Positions 1 through 8,653 of a stretch of 64,000 nucleotides of DNA are shown piece after piece. Every line of letters begins with the position of its first letter. Within the stretch, counting starts at the first letter, position 1. Position numbers and translations under genes: made by a program. The DNA is taken from IMG/VR virus record IMGVR_UViG_3300020473_000011, positions 186,001-250,000 of that record. One strand, written 5' to 3'. The notes beneath the pieces were generated by a model. That model searched no databases. It saw nothing but the letters and a program-made list of their open reading frames with translations, and was not told the origin of the DNA.

Positions 1-2220
1 TAGCTCACGTAAGTGTGGAAGCTCTTCTGTGCGCTCTACCAAGTTCTGTTTAGTGTTAGAACCTGTAAGACGCGTCAGTGTCGACGCACTTGTATTAAAC
101 ATACGGCTAAACGTCGAAGAACGAACCCTTTCAGTACGCGTACGTGTTTGTGTGATCGTACGACGTAAGTTCTGCGATACCGTCCAGTTATCCAGCGCAG
201 GCGATAACTTAATCGCTGGCGGGATTGGGTCGAACGCTGAGTACGGGTTCACTTTCATCGACGATGACGAAAGATTCTGCGATAGAACTGTACGTAGCGT
301 GTAAGGCAGCATTGCTAGACCGTTAGGTGCATCGTTTTTACTGATGTCTTTCGTGTCCATCGTATGCACGTCAGAAGAAAGCGTAAGCTCGCCTGCTGCT
401 GAGTTAACCATCGCTGTTTGAATAGCGCCACCATCACGTTGACTGTCGTCGACAAACGCATCGACAAAGATACCACGCTTCGTACGTGGGTCGTCGCCTG
501 CTGCCATGCGAGCAATACGCTCTTCGGCCATCATATCGAATAAGTTCGTGATGTTCTGCTTCATAGCCGTCAGCTCATCAGCACGGATAGCAACTACGCC
601 TGTGTTCTGCACAGCTGGGTTAATGCCCGATGTCCAGTGATGGCCAAGCTCAGCAATCGCGAGTGTGCCCGCTGGTGCTTTCGGAGCCGATAATGCGCGA
701 GTGTCGCCTTTACCACGAATACGGTTAATCGCACCATTACGCTCAAGGACAATAAGGTCTTTACGCGGTAGTAGTGTTTCGTACTCAATGTGGAAGTTAG
801 ACCCAACAATGGCACCCTCAAAGGTAAAGCCTGACTCAAGTACATCACTTTCTGGGATTGTGCGCTCAACGATGTGCTCACAGTCAATTGTGAATAGTGA
901 CCCCGTTGGCGGCTCGGCACCTAGTGGTGACCAATCAATTAGGCTTCCCTTAATTAGGAAGTCTCGACCTTCTAAAAATGATGATGTACCGTAGCGAATG
1001 CTGTGTACCGTCAGTAAGTTTTCAACGATAAAGTCGCTAGTGCCTGACACTTGGCCACGCTCTATACCCAGCGTCGAACGCTTCGTATACGTCACCTTCA
1101 CAGGTTCGTGCGTTGCAATTGGCATATTATCAACGACAACACCCATCTGGCCTTTTTCATCTGGTTGGAACTGGTGAAGCTCTGCAACTACGCGCTCAGT
1201 ATCAGGGTCAAAGTTGTAAGTGCGCTCAACGATACGTGGCTGGTCTATCTCAGTACCATCAATGTGTGCTTTACCTTCACCGATCTGAACCACATAGTGG
1301 CTATCACCAGTCTCTGTAATGCGCACATCCATACCGTGTACGACGTAGCTACCGTTTGCATCGCGGTCATAACGCGCAACGCTCGTATGCACAGGCTCTT
1401 CTTTGATTGTCCCATCAGTTAGGGTCATCAAGAAGCCATCTTGGATAATGTGAACTTCATGATAGGCGTCGCCTGCTGCTGAGTAGCGTGTACCCCATGA
1501 CAGCGTCTCTTCGCCTTTCTCATCAACACCTGTCCAGATACCTAACGATACCGTGCCACTTAGCGGAATCGCGAAGCTTGCGGCTGGTACGCGTTTAAGG
1601 ATGCCCTTATGGTAGAACTTAGCGTCGTCCACTTGTGCTGTGCCACTTTTGCGGTCGATATAAACGGCACCGCCGCTTGATACTTGATTTTCCACAAGAA
1701 TAGCGTCACCCAGTGACTTGATCTGATCCGACAACGCACCGAATAGCTCTTGGTGAGCATCGCTGTTTTGGTTGTGGTCTTCAATGCTACGATGGCCTGC
1801 ATACTTAATTTCAAATACTTGTGAAGCCTGTACGTTCGCGAGTGTTACGTGCATACGCAACGTGATCGTACCGTCTTTAAAGTAAGTGATAGTGTCGGTT
1901 GGCTGGCCTACTGCAAGTAGAAATTCAGACTGGTCTTCTGAGTTCTCACCAAATAGGTAGATTTCATTGATGCGCTCGTCCGTCTCAATTACCTGTGGCG
2001 GTATTGTACAAACGAACTGAATTGTGTTTTCTGACACGACCGTTTGATCACTAATCGGTGCTTCATACCAAATTAACTTAGTGTCTTCTCGGGTCGGTCG
2101 TAGCTCACCGCTATCGGCTGAAACACCAAATCGAGTAGGGTGTATAGCCCAGCCTTTATTGCTGGATGCTTTAACCGATTCAGTCAAGCCTTTATTAGTG
2201 ACAACGCCTACAATTGCCAT
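1..2220 (-). CDS. Tail fibre / baseplate-attached protein, DUF4815-like (runs off the left edge of the window)
   Basis: Hand translation from ATG at 2220 (MAIVGVVTNKGL...) stays open to position 1; absent from the ORF track because it is truncated. Motifs DHNQNSDAH, ARYDRDANGSYVVHG, GEGKAHIDG, KRGIFVDAFVDD and VNPYSAFDP resemble DUF4815 tail proteins. Lies directly downstream of the wedge genes. Confidence 0.75.
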   Translation of the reverse strand, partial: MAIVGVVTNKGLTESVKASSNKGWAIHPTRFGVSADSGELRPTREDTKLIWYEAPISDQTVVSENTIQFVCTIPPQVIETDERINEIYLFGENSEDQSEFLLAVGQPTDTITYFKDGTITLRMHVTLANVQASQVFEIKYAGHRSIEDHNQNSDAHQELFGALSDQIKSLGDAILVENQVSSGGAVYIDRKSGTAQVDDAKFYHKGILKRVPAASFAIPLSGTVSLGIWTGVDEKGEETLSWGTRYSAAGDAYHEVHIIQDGFLMTLTDGTIKEEPVHTSVARYDRDANGSYVVHGMDVRITETGDSHYVVQIGEGKAHIDGTEIDQPRIVERTYNFDPDTERVVAELHQFQPDEKGQMGVVVDNMPIATHEPVKVTYTKRSTLGIERGQVSGTSDFIVENLLTVHSIRYGTSSFLEGRDFLIKGSLIDWSPLGAEPPTGSLFTIDCEHIVERTIPESDVLESGFTFEGAIVGSNFHIEYETLLPRKDLIVLERNGAINRIRGKGDTRALSAPKAPAGTLAIAELGHHWTSGINPAVQNTGVVAIRADELTAMKQNITNLFDMMAEERIARMAAGDDPRTKRGIFVDAFVDDSQRDGGAIQTAMVNSAAGELTLSSDVHTMDTKDISKNDAPNGLAMLPYTLRTVLSQNLSSSSMKVNPYSAFDPIPPAIKLSPALDNWTVSQNLRRTITQTRTRTERVRSSTFSRMFNTSASTLTRLTGSNTKQNLVERTEELPHLREL

Positions 2221-2381
2221 ATAGTAGTTACCCCTCTATCTCAAAGCGTACATGGTGGCAGGCGTGCCACCGTCAAATCTCGTCATAAAAAATTATGAAT
2301 GTCTCAATGTATTAGTTTAAATCATTGTACAAAGCTAAACCAGCTTTAATGGTGCAGACTGCTTGCGTTGTACAATGATTT

Positions 2382-4010
2382 CTAAGGTGCGTCGTTTATA
2401 TCCGCTATGATAGCCCCGTCATACGCTTGGTCTAGCATCCCACGAAGCATTAGCATCATAGGCGACTGGCCTTGTGCTGGTATCGAGCGCTTAACAAAGC
2501 CTTTTGTACCGTTAGCGACATGAAGAGAAAAGTCGATGGCTTGCTCAGTGGCCGTCTGCTTAAATTCCATGAAGACTTCGCGGTCGACTAAACCGCTGGT
2601 CTCAACTACGATAGGGCTGTCTGCGTGTCCGTGATAGCGCGCTATGCTGACACCCGCGATGCCTAGAAGAACCTGTGTTGTCGTTGAGCCTGTCACTTCC
2701 ATACGAGGAAGCACGTTAAAGCCCGTATTCAGTGTCTCGTTAACCATTTCGTAGGTAACGTCGGACTGCACGCTGTTCATTTCGACTTTGTATTCACGCT
2801 CGGTCAAACCGCTTATGCCCGCTACGACGGGTGATGAACTTGCAGCGGGGACTGTTTGATAGGGTCTAATAAGCGACGACAGTACTAGCGGTGACGATAC
2901 GTTACCATTGATAGTCTGGTGCGTTAGTACGTTATAGCCCGTCTTTAGGCGCTCATCGACGAAATTCATGATCAGCGCAAAGTCAGTCATAAGCGGGTAA
3001 ACGTACTGGCGCAAGAAGAGTCTCAGCGCCTGTAGACTGTTACCATCAAACTTCGTATTATCGCGTAGGTCAACCTCAGTGCGGTACGTCATTTCTTGCA
3101 CGGTTTCGCCTGTTGGGTCATCTTCCCACCACTCGATCAACTGAACGTAGTCACGTAACTTCAACAAGTCGAGCATCAGGTCTACGCCTTTGCGGGAACC
3201 TTTAAGCTGGTGGATAACCGTTATAAACGAGCGTATTAGTGCCACATCTAAGGCCGACATGCCCAGTGCATCAATAAGATACTGATAGCCGAACTCACTA
3301 ACAACCTGTGAGTTGCGCTCACGACTTAGGTCAAGCTCTACGGGATCATGGCGCTTACCATTTATACCCCAGTCGAAGCCATCTGCCGTCGCGTACACGT
3401 GATACGTGAAATCAGGCTCCATCGCGTAAAGGTCTGAGTCCCTTAGATTCTGGCTATCGTAGGTCAGGCCAAACATTGGCTCAATAATCTTATCTATCGG
3501 TGCCTGAGTGCCATGGCGTAGCCCTTTAAACTCAAAGTTAATAGGGTACTCGCATTCAATCTCGTAGAAACAGTTTTCCTCAAAGTAACCTTCTTTCATG
3601 TTACCAAATAACGGGGTCAGCTGCGTTATCGTAGCGCCACGTACGTTGTGAGCCTCAAAGATTTCCTCAATACTCTCTAGTGAAAGTACAGGTGAAGAAA
3701 ACTGGTGCTTGCCCGTCGCAAAGCTAAACTCAGCCACTTCGCGAACGATAAGGGGTTCAGCCATGTATATCGTTGGCGTGACCTCAGTCATGGCTGGGGC
3801 ACTTTTTATTTGAAAAGACTCTTTAGCATCTGTCTTGGCCAAAACAAGGTACGTCGTGTACTTGTCTTTAATCGCCTCAAGCTGCTGAGCAACGTTTTCG
3901 TCGCGTTCGTAGAACACGTGCTCAAGCGACTCTATACAGTCCTTCAATAACGGCTCATCGCGCAGACGCTCTGGGATGAGGTTGGGTATATCAATAAAAC
4001 GTTCTGTCAT
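2382..4010 (-). CDS. Baseplate wedge protein (P2 gpI / T4 gp7-like domain plus C-terminal extension)
   Basis: 542 aa; HQLKGSRKGVDLMLDLL...IEWWE resembles the gpI-type motif; follows a gp6-like gene. Confidence 0.65.
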   Translation of the reverse strand: MTERFIDIPNLIPERLRDEPLLKDCIESLEHVFYERDENVAQQLEAIKDKYTTYLVLAKTDAKESFQIKSAPAMTEVTPTIYMAEPLIVREVAEFSFATGKHQFSSPVLSLESIEEIFEAHNVRGATITQLTPLFGNMKEGYFEENCFYEIECEYPINFEFKGLRHGTQAPIDKIIEPMFGLTYDSQNLRDSDLYAMEPDFTYHVYATADGFDWGINGKRHDPVELDLSRERNSQVVSEFGYQYLIDALGMSALDVALIRSFITVIHQLKGSRKGVDLMLDLLKLRDYVQLIEWWEDDPTGETVQEMTYRTEVDLRDNTKFDGNSLQALRLFLRQYVYPLMTDFALIMNFVDERLKTGYNVLTHQTINGNVSSPLVLSSLIRPYQTVPAASSSPVVAGISGLTEREYKVEMNSVQSDVTYEMVNETLNTGFNVLPRMEVTGSTTTQVLLGIAGVSIARYHGHADSPIVVETSGLVDREVFMEFKQTATEQAIDFSLHVANGTKGFVKRSIPAQGQSPMMLMLRGMLDQAYDGAIIADINDAP

Positions 4011-4028
4011 GTCTCAGTCCCAAAGTAA

Positions 4029-5474
4029 TTAACTGGCCTGTACTGGCGCGCTGGTTTCTGTATAGAAGTCACTAGCTGTATCAAGCAGCTTCACGCGTGG
4101 CTGAAACTCAAAGTAATCATCCCAGCTAATGGCCAAGGGGTTCCAATCTTCTAGCTCTTCGTCACTGAGGTCAGGGTCAGCCGTTAGTGACACACGCACG
4201 GCCTTAGCGTAATCAAGACCGTCCCTGATGGCATCTTCAATGTCATAGAGGTCGACGCGCTTACCAAGCTTTTTCTCGTAGGGTTGCAGTGAGATCATCA
4301 CATCATCGACAACCGAGGCCGTTGTGATAAGCGAGTTACGTAGCACGACTTGAACGTCAAGCTTTACCTGCTTGCGGTTACCTGACGATAACGACGGCGG
4401 ACTAACACCCATTGGACGGTTAGCCGCATTAGAAATGTTGTTACGCACGGTGGCCAGCTCTACATCGGTTAAGTCTTTATCGCCTTCGATAATATAGGCT
4501 AATGCAAGGTTGGCTGAATCTAAGTCACGCGCATTAACATCAATTGCGTTGGGCAGCTCCTGTTTTAGGCGCTTCATGTAATCATCACGCCCACGGATAA
4601 CGCGGCCTGTTTCGTGGCGAAGAGGTGCCTTAACTTGGATCTCTTCGACCGTGTCAGGCTCTTGGTAGCGTAGACCAACTTGAACGTTCTCTAGTGACCC
4701 AATAGATAGATTCGTATTTGCTAAAAGCGGTTTTGCTATCTCTTTAAGTGGCACATAAATAACTTCGAGTTCATAGCCAGCTTGATACTTGTGCTCGTCG
4801 TCTAAGTAATCGTTCATTGCCATGATGTCTAGCGAGCCATGCGCGTTGGTCAGACATACGTACTTACCATTGATCAAGTCAATGACGTCCTCGCTGTGGG
4901 GCACGACTTTACCATTCAGTTTAAGGTAGAAGTGGTCGCTAATATGTTCTTGTGTATAGCGCAGGATCTGTGGCTTATGGCTCGGGAATACTTGGCTTGT
5001 TGAGGCCAGATTACCGATAACGGCGTTAACCGTCGACGGCATCGAGTTCGCGCTTGTCGGTGGGTCAAGTGTATAGTCATCAAGTGCTAGGATGTCATAG
5101 ACGCCCGAGTCATCTTCGTAATATCCGATTTTGTCTAAGCGTGAAATACTCGTTAGGCTGCTAACATGAATCGACATATCCAAACTTGTGTTATTACCAC
5201 GGTAGGCTGAGTAGCCCAATGGTGCCGCAATCGCACGAGCTGAGCTTGGTAGTACCGTCTGTGTAAGGTAGGCTTCTCGGCGGTTCGCTACCGCTGAGTA
5301 AGTTGTAAATGAACCAATACCTGCTAATAGCTCAAGAATGATTTGGCCTGTACCAAACGCATAAAAATCTTGCCACGCCGCATCAGTTTCGGAGTAACGT
5401 TCCTCAAGAACAGCCTTTAGCTCCTTTAGGATTTCTTCGTAACTAAAGCTAGCCTTGCTAATCATATCTGCCAT
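4029..5474 (-). CDS. Baseplate wedge subunit (T4 gp6 / gpJ-like)
   Basis: 481 aa; FSYEEILKEL...WQDF...G.GQIILELLAG...REAYL..A...LGY and EPDTVEEIQVKAP...R..RDDY are gp6-type motifs; follows gp25. Confidence 0.85.
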   Translation of the reverse strand: MADMISKASFSYEEILKELKAVLEERYSETDAAWQDFYAFGTGQIILELLAGIGSFTTYSAVANRREAYLTQTVLPSSARAIAAPLGYSAYRGNNTSLDMSIHVSSLTSISRLDKIGYYEDDSGVYDILALDDYTLDPPTSANSMPSTVNAVIGNLASTSQVFPSHKPQILRYTQEHISDHFYLKLNGKVVPHSEDVIDLINGKYVCLTNAHGSLDIMAMNDYLDDEHKYQAGYELEVIYVPLKEIAKPLLANTNLSIGSLENVQVGLRYQEPDTVEEIQVKAPLRHETGRVIRGRDDYMKRLKQELPNAIDVNARDLDSANLALAYIIEGDKDLTDVELATVRNNISNAANRPMGVSPPSLSSGNRKQVKLDVQVVLRNSLITTASVVDDVMISLQPYEKKLGKRVDLYDIEDAIRDGLDYAKAVRVSLTADPDLSDEELEDWNPLAISWDDYFEFQPRVKLLDTASDFYTETSAPVQAS

Positions 5475-5487
5475 TGTCTTTTACCTC

Positions 5488-5865
5488 TTAACCTACGCCT
5501 GCGCCTGCGCTCAATGTATCGTTGAATTGGAATTGCCTGTCACCCAAGCCTGTGATGCGGTAGTACATACTCAACTCGTATGTGTAATTGTCTGGGTCGG
5601 GTGTTACTACTATCTTTAAGATCTTGACGCGTGGCTCCCATTTCGTAATGGCTTGCTTTATACGCACTTCAAGCTCTAAGGCCACATCGTCAGTGACTAG
5701 CTCAAATAATAGGTACTCAATATCCAACCCGTACTCTGGGTGGTACACGCGTTCGCCTTTGCGGGTACGTAAAAGGTTGTATAGCGCCTGTTGTACACTA
5801 TCCTCGTCTGTTACGCGTTCTTTCGCAAAAGGGTTTGTTTGATTAACATCACTGTACAATGGCAT
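5488..5865 (-). CDS. gp25: Baseplate wedge subunit, gp25-like
   Basis: 125 aa; SVQQALYNLLRTRKGERVYHPEYG...AITKWEPRVKI. Confidence 0.92.
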   Translation of the reverse strand: MPLYSDVNQTNPFAKERVTDEDSVQQALYNLLRTRKGERVYHPEYGLDIEYLLFELVTDDVALELEVRIKQAITKWEPRVKILKIVVTPDPDNYTYELSMYYRITGLGDRQFQFNDTLSAGAGVG

Positions 5866-5888
5866 TAATAAAAACCTTCCTCGTTCGA

Positions 5889-6182
5889 TTAGGTTGTTGT
5901 GATAGTGCCAGCGGAACTGATAATCGACCCGACCATGGCACCTGCTACAGCATCACCAAGGCGTGCAGCGCCTGACCCTTCGGCTATCGTCAGGTCTGAG
6001 CTACTTACGACGACACCTGCATGACCACAGCCACCTATGACGACATCGCCAAATCGTGCTTTGCTTGATGCCTCGCCCTGTACGGTTCCTGCGCCTGTTA
6101 CAATTACGCCGACCATGGGCTTAGGCGTCTTATGAGCAAAACAAACGCCTGCCCAAACATCGAATATACGTGCTGCGCTCAT
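5889..6182 (-). CDS. PAAR-like spike tip protein
   Basis: 97 aa, Gly-rich; ARxxD repeats (AARIFD, KARFGD, AARLGD); Cys/His residues (CFAH, CGH); located in the baseplate cluster. Confidence 0.8.
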   Translation of the reverse strand: MSAARIFDVWAGVCFAHKTPKPMVGVIVTGAGTVQGEASSKARFGDVVIGGCGHAGVVVSSSDLTIAEGSGAARLGDAVAGAMVGSIISSAGTITTT

Positions 6183-6375
6183 CGCTTAACCTAAAGTCTC
6201 AATTAGTATTGGATTAATTGTACAACACTTCACCGCAGCACAGCACGTACTAAAAGAGAGCGTTGTACTACGATTTTCTAAAAGCATTGCGCCGCAGAGT
6301 ATTTACTGAATCCAAGATGTTGTGGTATAAAGGGGCAGAATTGTACAAAATAGCCAAATTAGGACTGCGTAGCTA

Positions 6376-6816
6376 ATGACACTGGATGATATTGAAAAGG
6401 CTGAGTTACCCGTGAAGGTAATGGTCACTGATGAACAACGCTTAATTAGCTACGATGGGACTGATTTTAACTTCTTGCTCGTCACGGAACTTTACGAGGA
6501 CGATGACTGGGTTCAACGCGCAATAACCGACAATGACCGTATTGTACACATCGTTGATACTTTCGTTGTTGCTAATAAGGCAACGCTGGCCTATAAAGAA
6601 CTTGCACACAAGGCAGGGTGCTTTGCGTTGGCCTTGAGACTTAATGAAGTTATCGCTAATGAGCTTAGCCGTCGTGAGAAAGAAAAGCGGGGCACTAAGC
6701 GTTGGCTAGACCGCGTACAAAGCGAAGTCAGGCAGCTCTTTATCTATGACTTTGATCTTTTAGATGAAGTGCTCGCAGACCCTGACTGGTTCATTAAAAA
6801 CAATATACTTGCCTGA
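6376..6816 (+). CDS. Hypothetical protein
   Basis: 146-aa ORF with AGGA upstream; no family recognised. Confidence 0.7.
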   Translation: MTLDDIEKAELPVKVMVTDEQRLISYDGTDFNFLLVTELYEDDDWVQRAITDNDRIVHIVDTFVVANKATLAYKELAHKAGCFALALRLNEVIANELSRREKEKRGTKRWLDRVQSEVRQLFIYDFDLLDEVLADPDWFIKNNILA

Positions 6817-6849
6817 AACTAGGCACCTACTAAAGAAATAGGAATACCA

Positions 6850-7176
6850 ATGGCCGAGCATAAGCCGTTAGTTGGCCAATTAGAGCCACACGTTGATAAA
6901 ATTATCCCAGTAAGTAAGGCCGAAAATGCCGAACAAGCTTTTGCGCAGCACTCTTACTCAGTCGGTGAGTTTTACTTTGTGATTGACCGTGCGTATGCCG
7001 ACGCATGTAAAACACGGACTAAATACTTTTATGTTGATAGTCGTTTTACGGATGAGATTTTCAATATTGACAGTGATAAGGGGTTCACGACACCCGAAGG
7101 TGCCGCGCGTTACATCGACAAACAAGTTCTTCAAGCGACTAAGCGTATGGCCAAAGTCGCCGCACTCTTTAATTAG
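6850..7176 (+). CDS. Hypothetical protein
   Basis: 108-aa ORF with AGGA RBS; follows the previous gene. Confidence 0.7.
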   Translation: MAEHKPLVGQLEPHVDKIIPVSKAENAEQAFAQHSYSVGEFYFVIDRAYADACKTRTKYFYVDSRFTDEIFNIDSDKGFTTPEGAARYIDKQVLQATKRMAKVAALFN

Positions 7177-8596
7177 TGTTGTCCGTGCGCTCAACAATGT
7201 GGAACGCAATACCTTGGCCTAGTGCTATAAAGCCTACGTTCTGTGTTGTGAGGGTTGCACGGGGAACTTGAAGCATATCAAACTTGTTCGTGTCAGCTGT
7301 ATCGTCTATATCGGCAGCATAAACTGTAAAGTACGTATCATCTGCCACGAGCCTCATTGCTACCGCTTTCGTATCAGCCCACGTCTCAAATACCTGTTCA
7401 CTACCATGGTCTGTCTCTGGCTCGTATGTGATCGGGGTATTCAATGTATTAGGCTCAAACTCAAATAACGCCAGCCCTGTCGTACCACGTTTAACAATAC
7501 CCACATAGTTACCGTTTGCTAGCGTACCCAGCACAAGACCCGCAGCATAACGGTGAGTGGCTTGTGAGGCGATGTTGAAATTAAGATGCCCCTGCCATGT
7601 AGTACGGCTAAGGTCTTCGTACTCTAAGATGCCCTTTTGCATGCGACTGCGAAGGCTTATGGCCACCGAGTTATTATCGTTCCATTGCCACTCGGCTAAG
7701 CGTGGCGTCCACTTATCAGACTCATAGTCATGCTCTACCACTGGGTCTACGATAGGGTCAGGTGTTTCAGTTCCCACGTTACCTAGACCACCGTCAGCAT
7801 TCTTGTCGTCTTCTTCTTTCTGCTGTACTTCGTAAGCTGCCATGTAGTCCTCTAAGGTGTCACGACTGCGCCCTATAGGCATCTGGTCTTGGGCTGCGAT
7901 AACACGTTCACTAAACAAGTTCTGCTTACGTGTGTTCTCACGGATCTTCAAAGGTAGCCGCGCTTTCGGAACAGTACCAGACCTTAGATCCGCAGCGAGG
8001 TCTGTAGCGATGTTATACGACTCACCGACACTCGGGCTGTGAACAGCGGCAACTTCAAAGCAATCTGAAAACGGTGTGAAGCCTTCGAGCGCTCCCCCTA
8101 TCATCATCATTATTTTGCTGACCTTTTCCATGATGTCCTTACCTAATTGTGAGAGGCCATCATTAACACGACTCGTACCGTCTACAAGCTCATCGAAAAA
8201 GTCTAAGGCTGACCGTGCTGCACTGATAAGTCCACTTAGTAGGGCACACTGACCATTACGTACAGCGCCTTCTATACTGTCGATACTGTCTAACAGCTCC
8301 TGTGAAAACTTACCGCTTGTAATGTCTTTGAGTAGGCGACCTACGCCGCCAATAGTGCGCTTTGCCTCGGCGTCTTCTTCCATACCCGAAGCAGCTGAGT
8401 AAAGTTTCATATCGCTGAACTGGTCGGCAAAGGTAGTCATTTTTAGTGAGTTGGCCTGCTCACTCGCGGCAACCATGTTGCGAAGGCTTGATAAGCTTAC
8501 GCCGCAGGTTGACACCGATAGGTTATTAATTGAATCAAGCTTAGCTTTCGCTGTTGCATAGCTTTGCGCCATGCCGTTTGGTATTGATGGTAGCAT
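7169..8596 (-). CDS. Hypothetical protein, probably virion/baseplate-associated
   Basis: 475 aa; helical N-terminal part, acidic linker, beta-rich C-terminal part; lies between the spike and PAAR genes. Confidence 0.6.
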   Translation of the reverse strand: MLPSIPNGMAQSYATAKAKLDSINNLSVSTCGVSLSSLRNMVAASEQANSLKMTTFADQFSDMKLYSAASGMEEDAEAKRTIGGVGRLLKDITSGKFSQELLDSIDSIEGAVRNGQCALLSGLISAARSALDFFDELVDGTSRVNDGLSQLGKDIMEKVSKIMMMIGGALEGFTPFSDCFEVAAVHSPSVGESYNIATDLAADLRSGTVPKARLPLKIRENTRKQNLFSERVIAAQDQMPIGRSRDTLEDYMAAYEVQQKEEDDKNADGGLGNVGTETPDPIVDPVVEHDYESDKWTPRLAEWQWNDNNSVAISLRSRMQKGILEYEDLSRTTWQGHLNFNIASQATHRYAAGLVLGTLANGNYVGIVKRGTTGLALFEFEPNTLNTPITYEPETDHGSEQVFETWADTKAVAMRLVADDTYFTVYAADIDDTADTNKFDMLQVPRATLTTQNVGFIALGQGIAFHIVERTDNTN

Positions 8597-8625
8597 CGTC
8601 GTTTATCTCTCAGTCTCAATCATAA

Positions 8626-8653
8626 ATAAAGGGGTGGCCAAGCGAGGCCACCC
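8626..8653 (-). terminator. Rho-independent terminator after the spike gene
   Basis: GGGTGGCC/GGCCACCC stem followed by a T-rich run on the minus strand. Confidence 0.6.

Noticed and set aside
29-1814. Short ORFs of 66-123 aa on both strands
   Set aside because: Shadows of the single truncated minus-strand tail gene 1-2220
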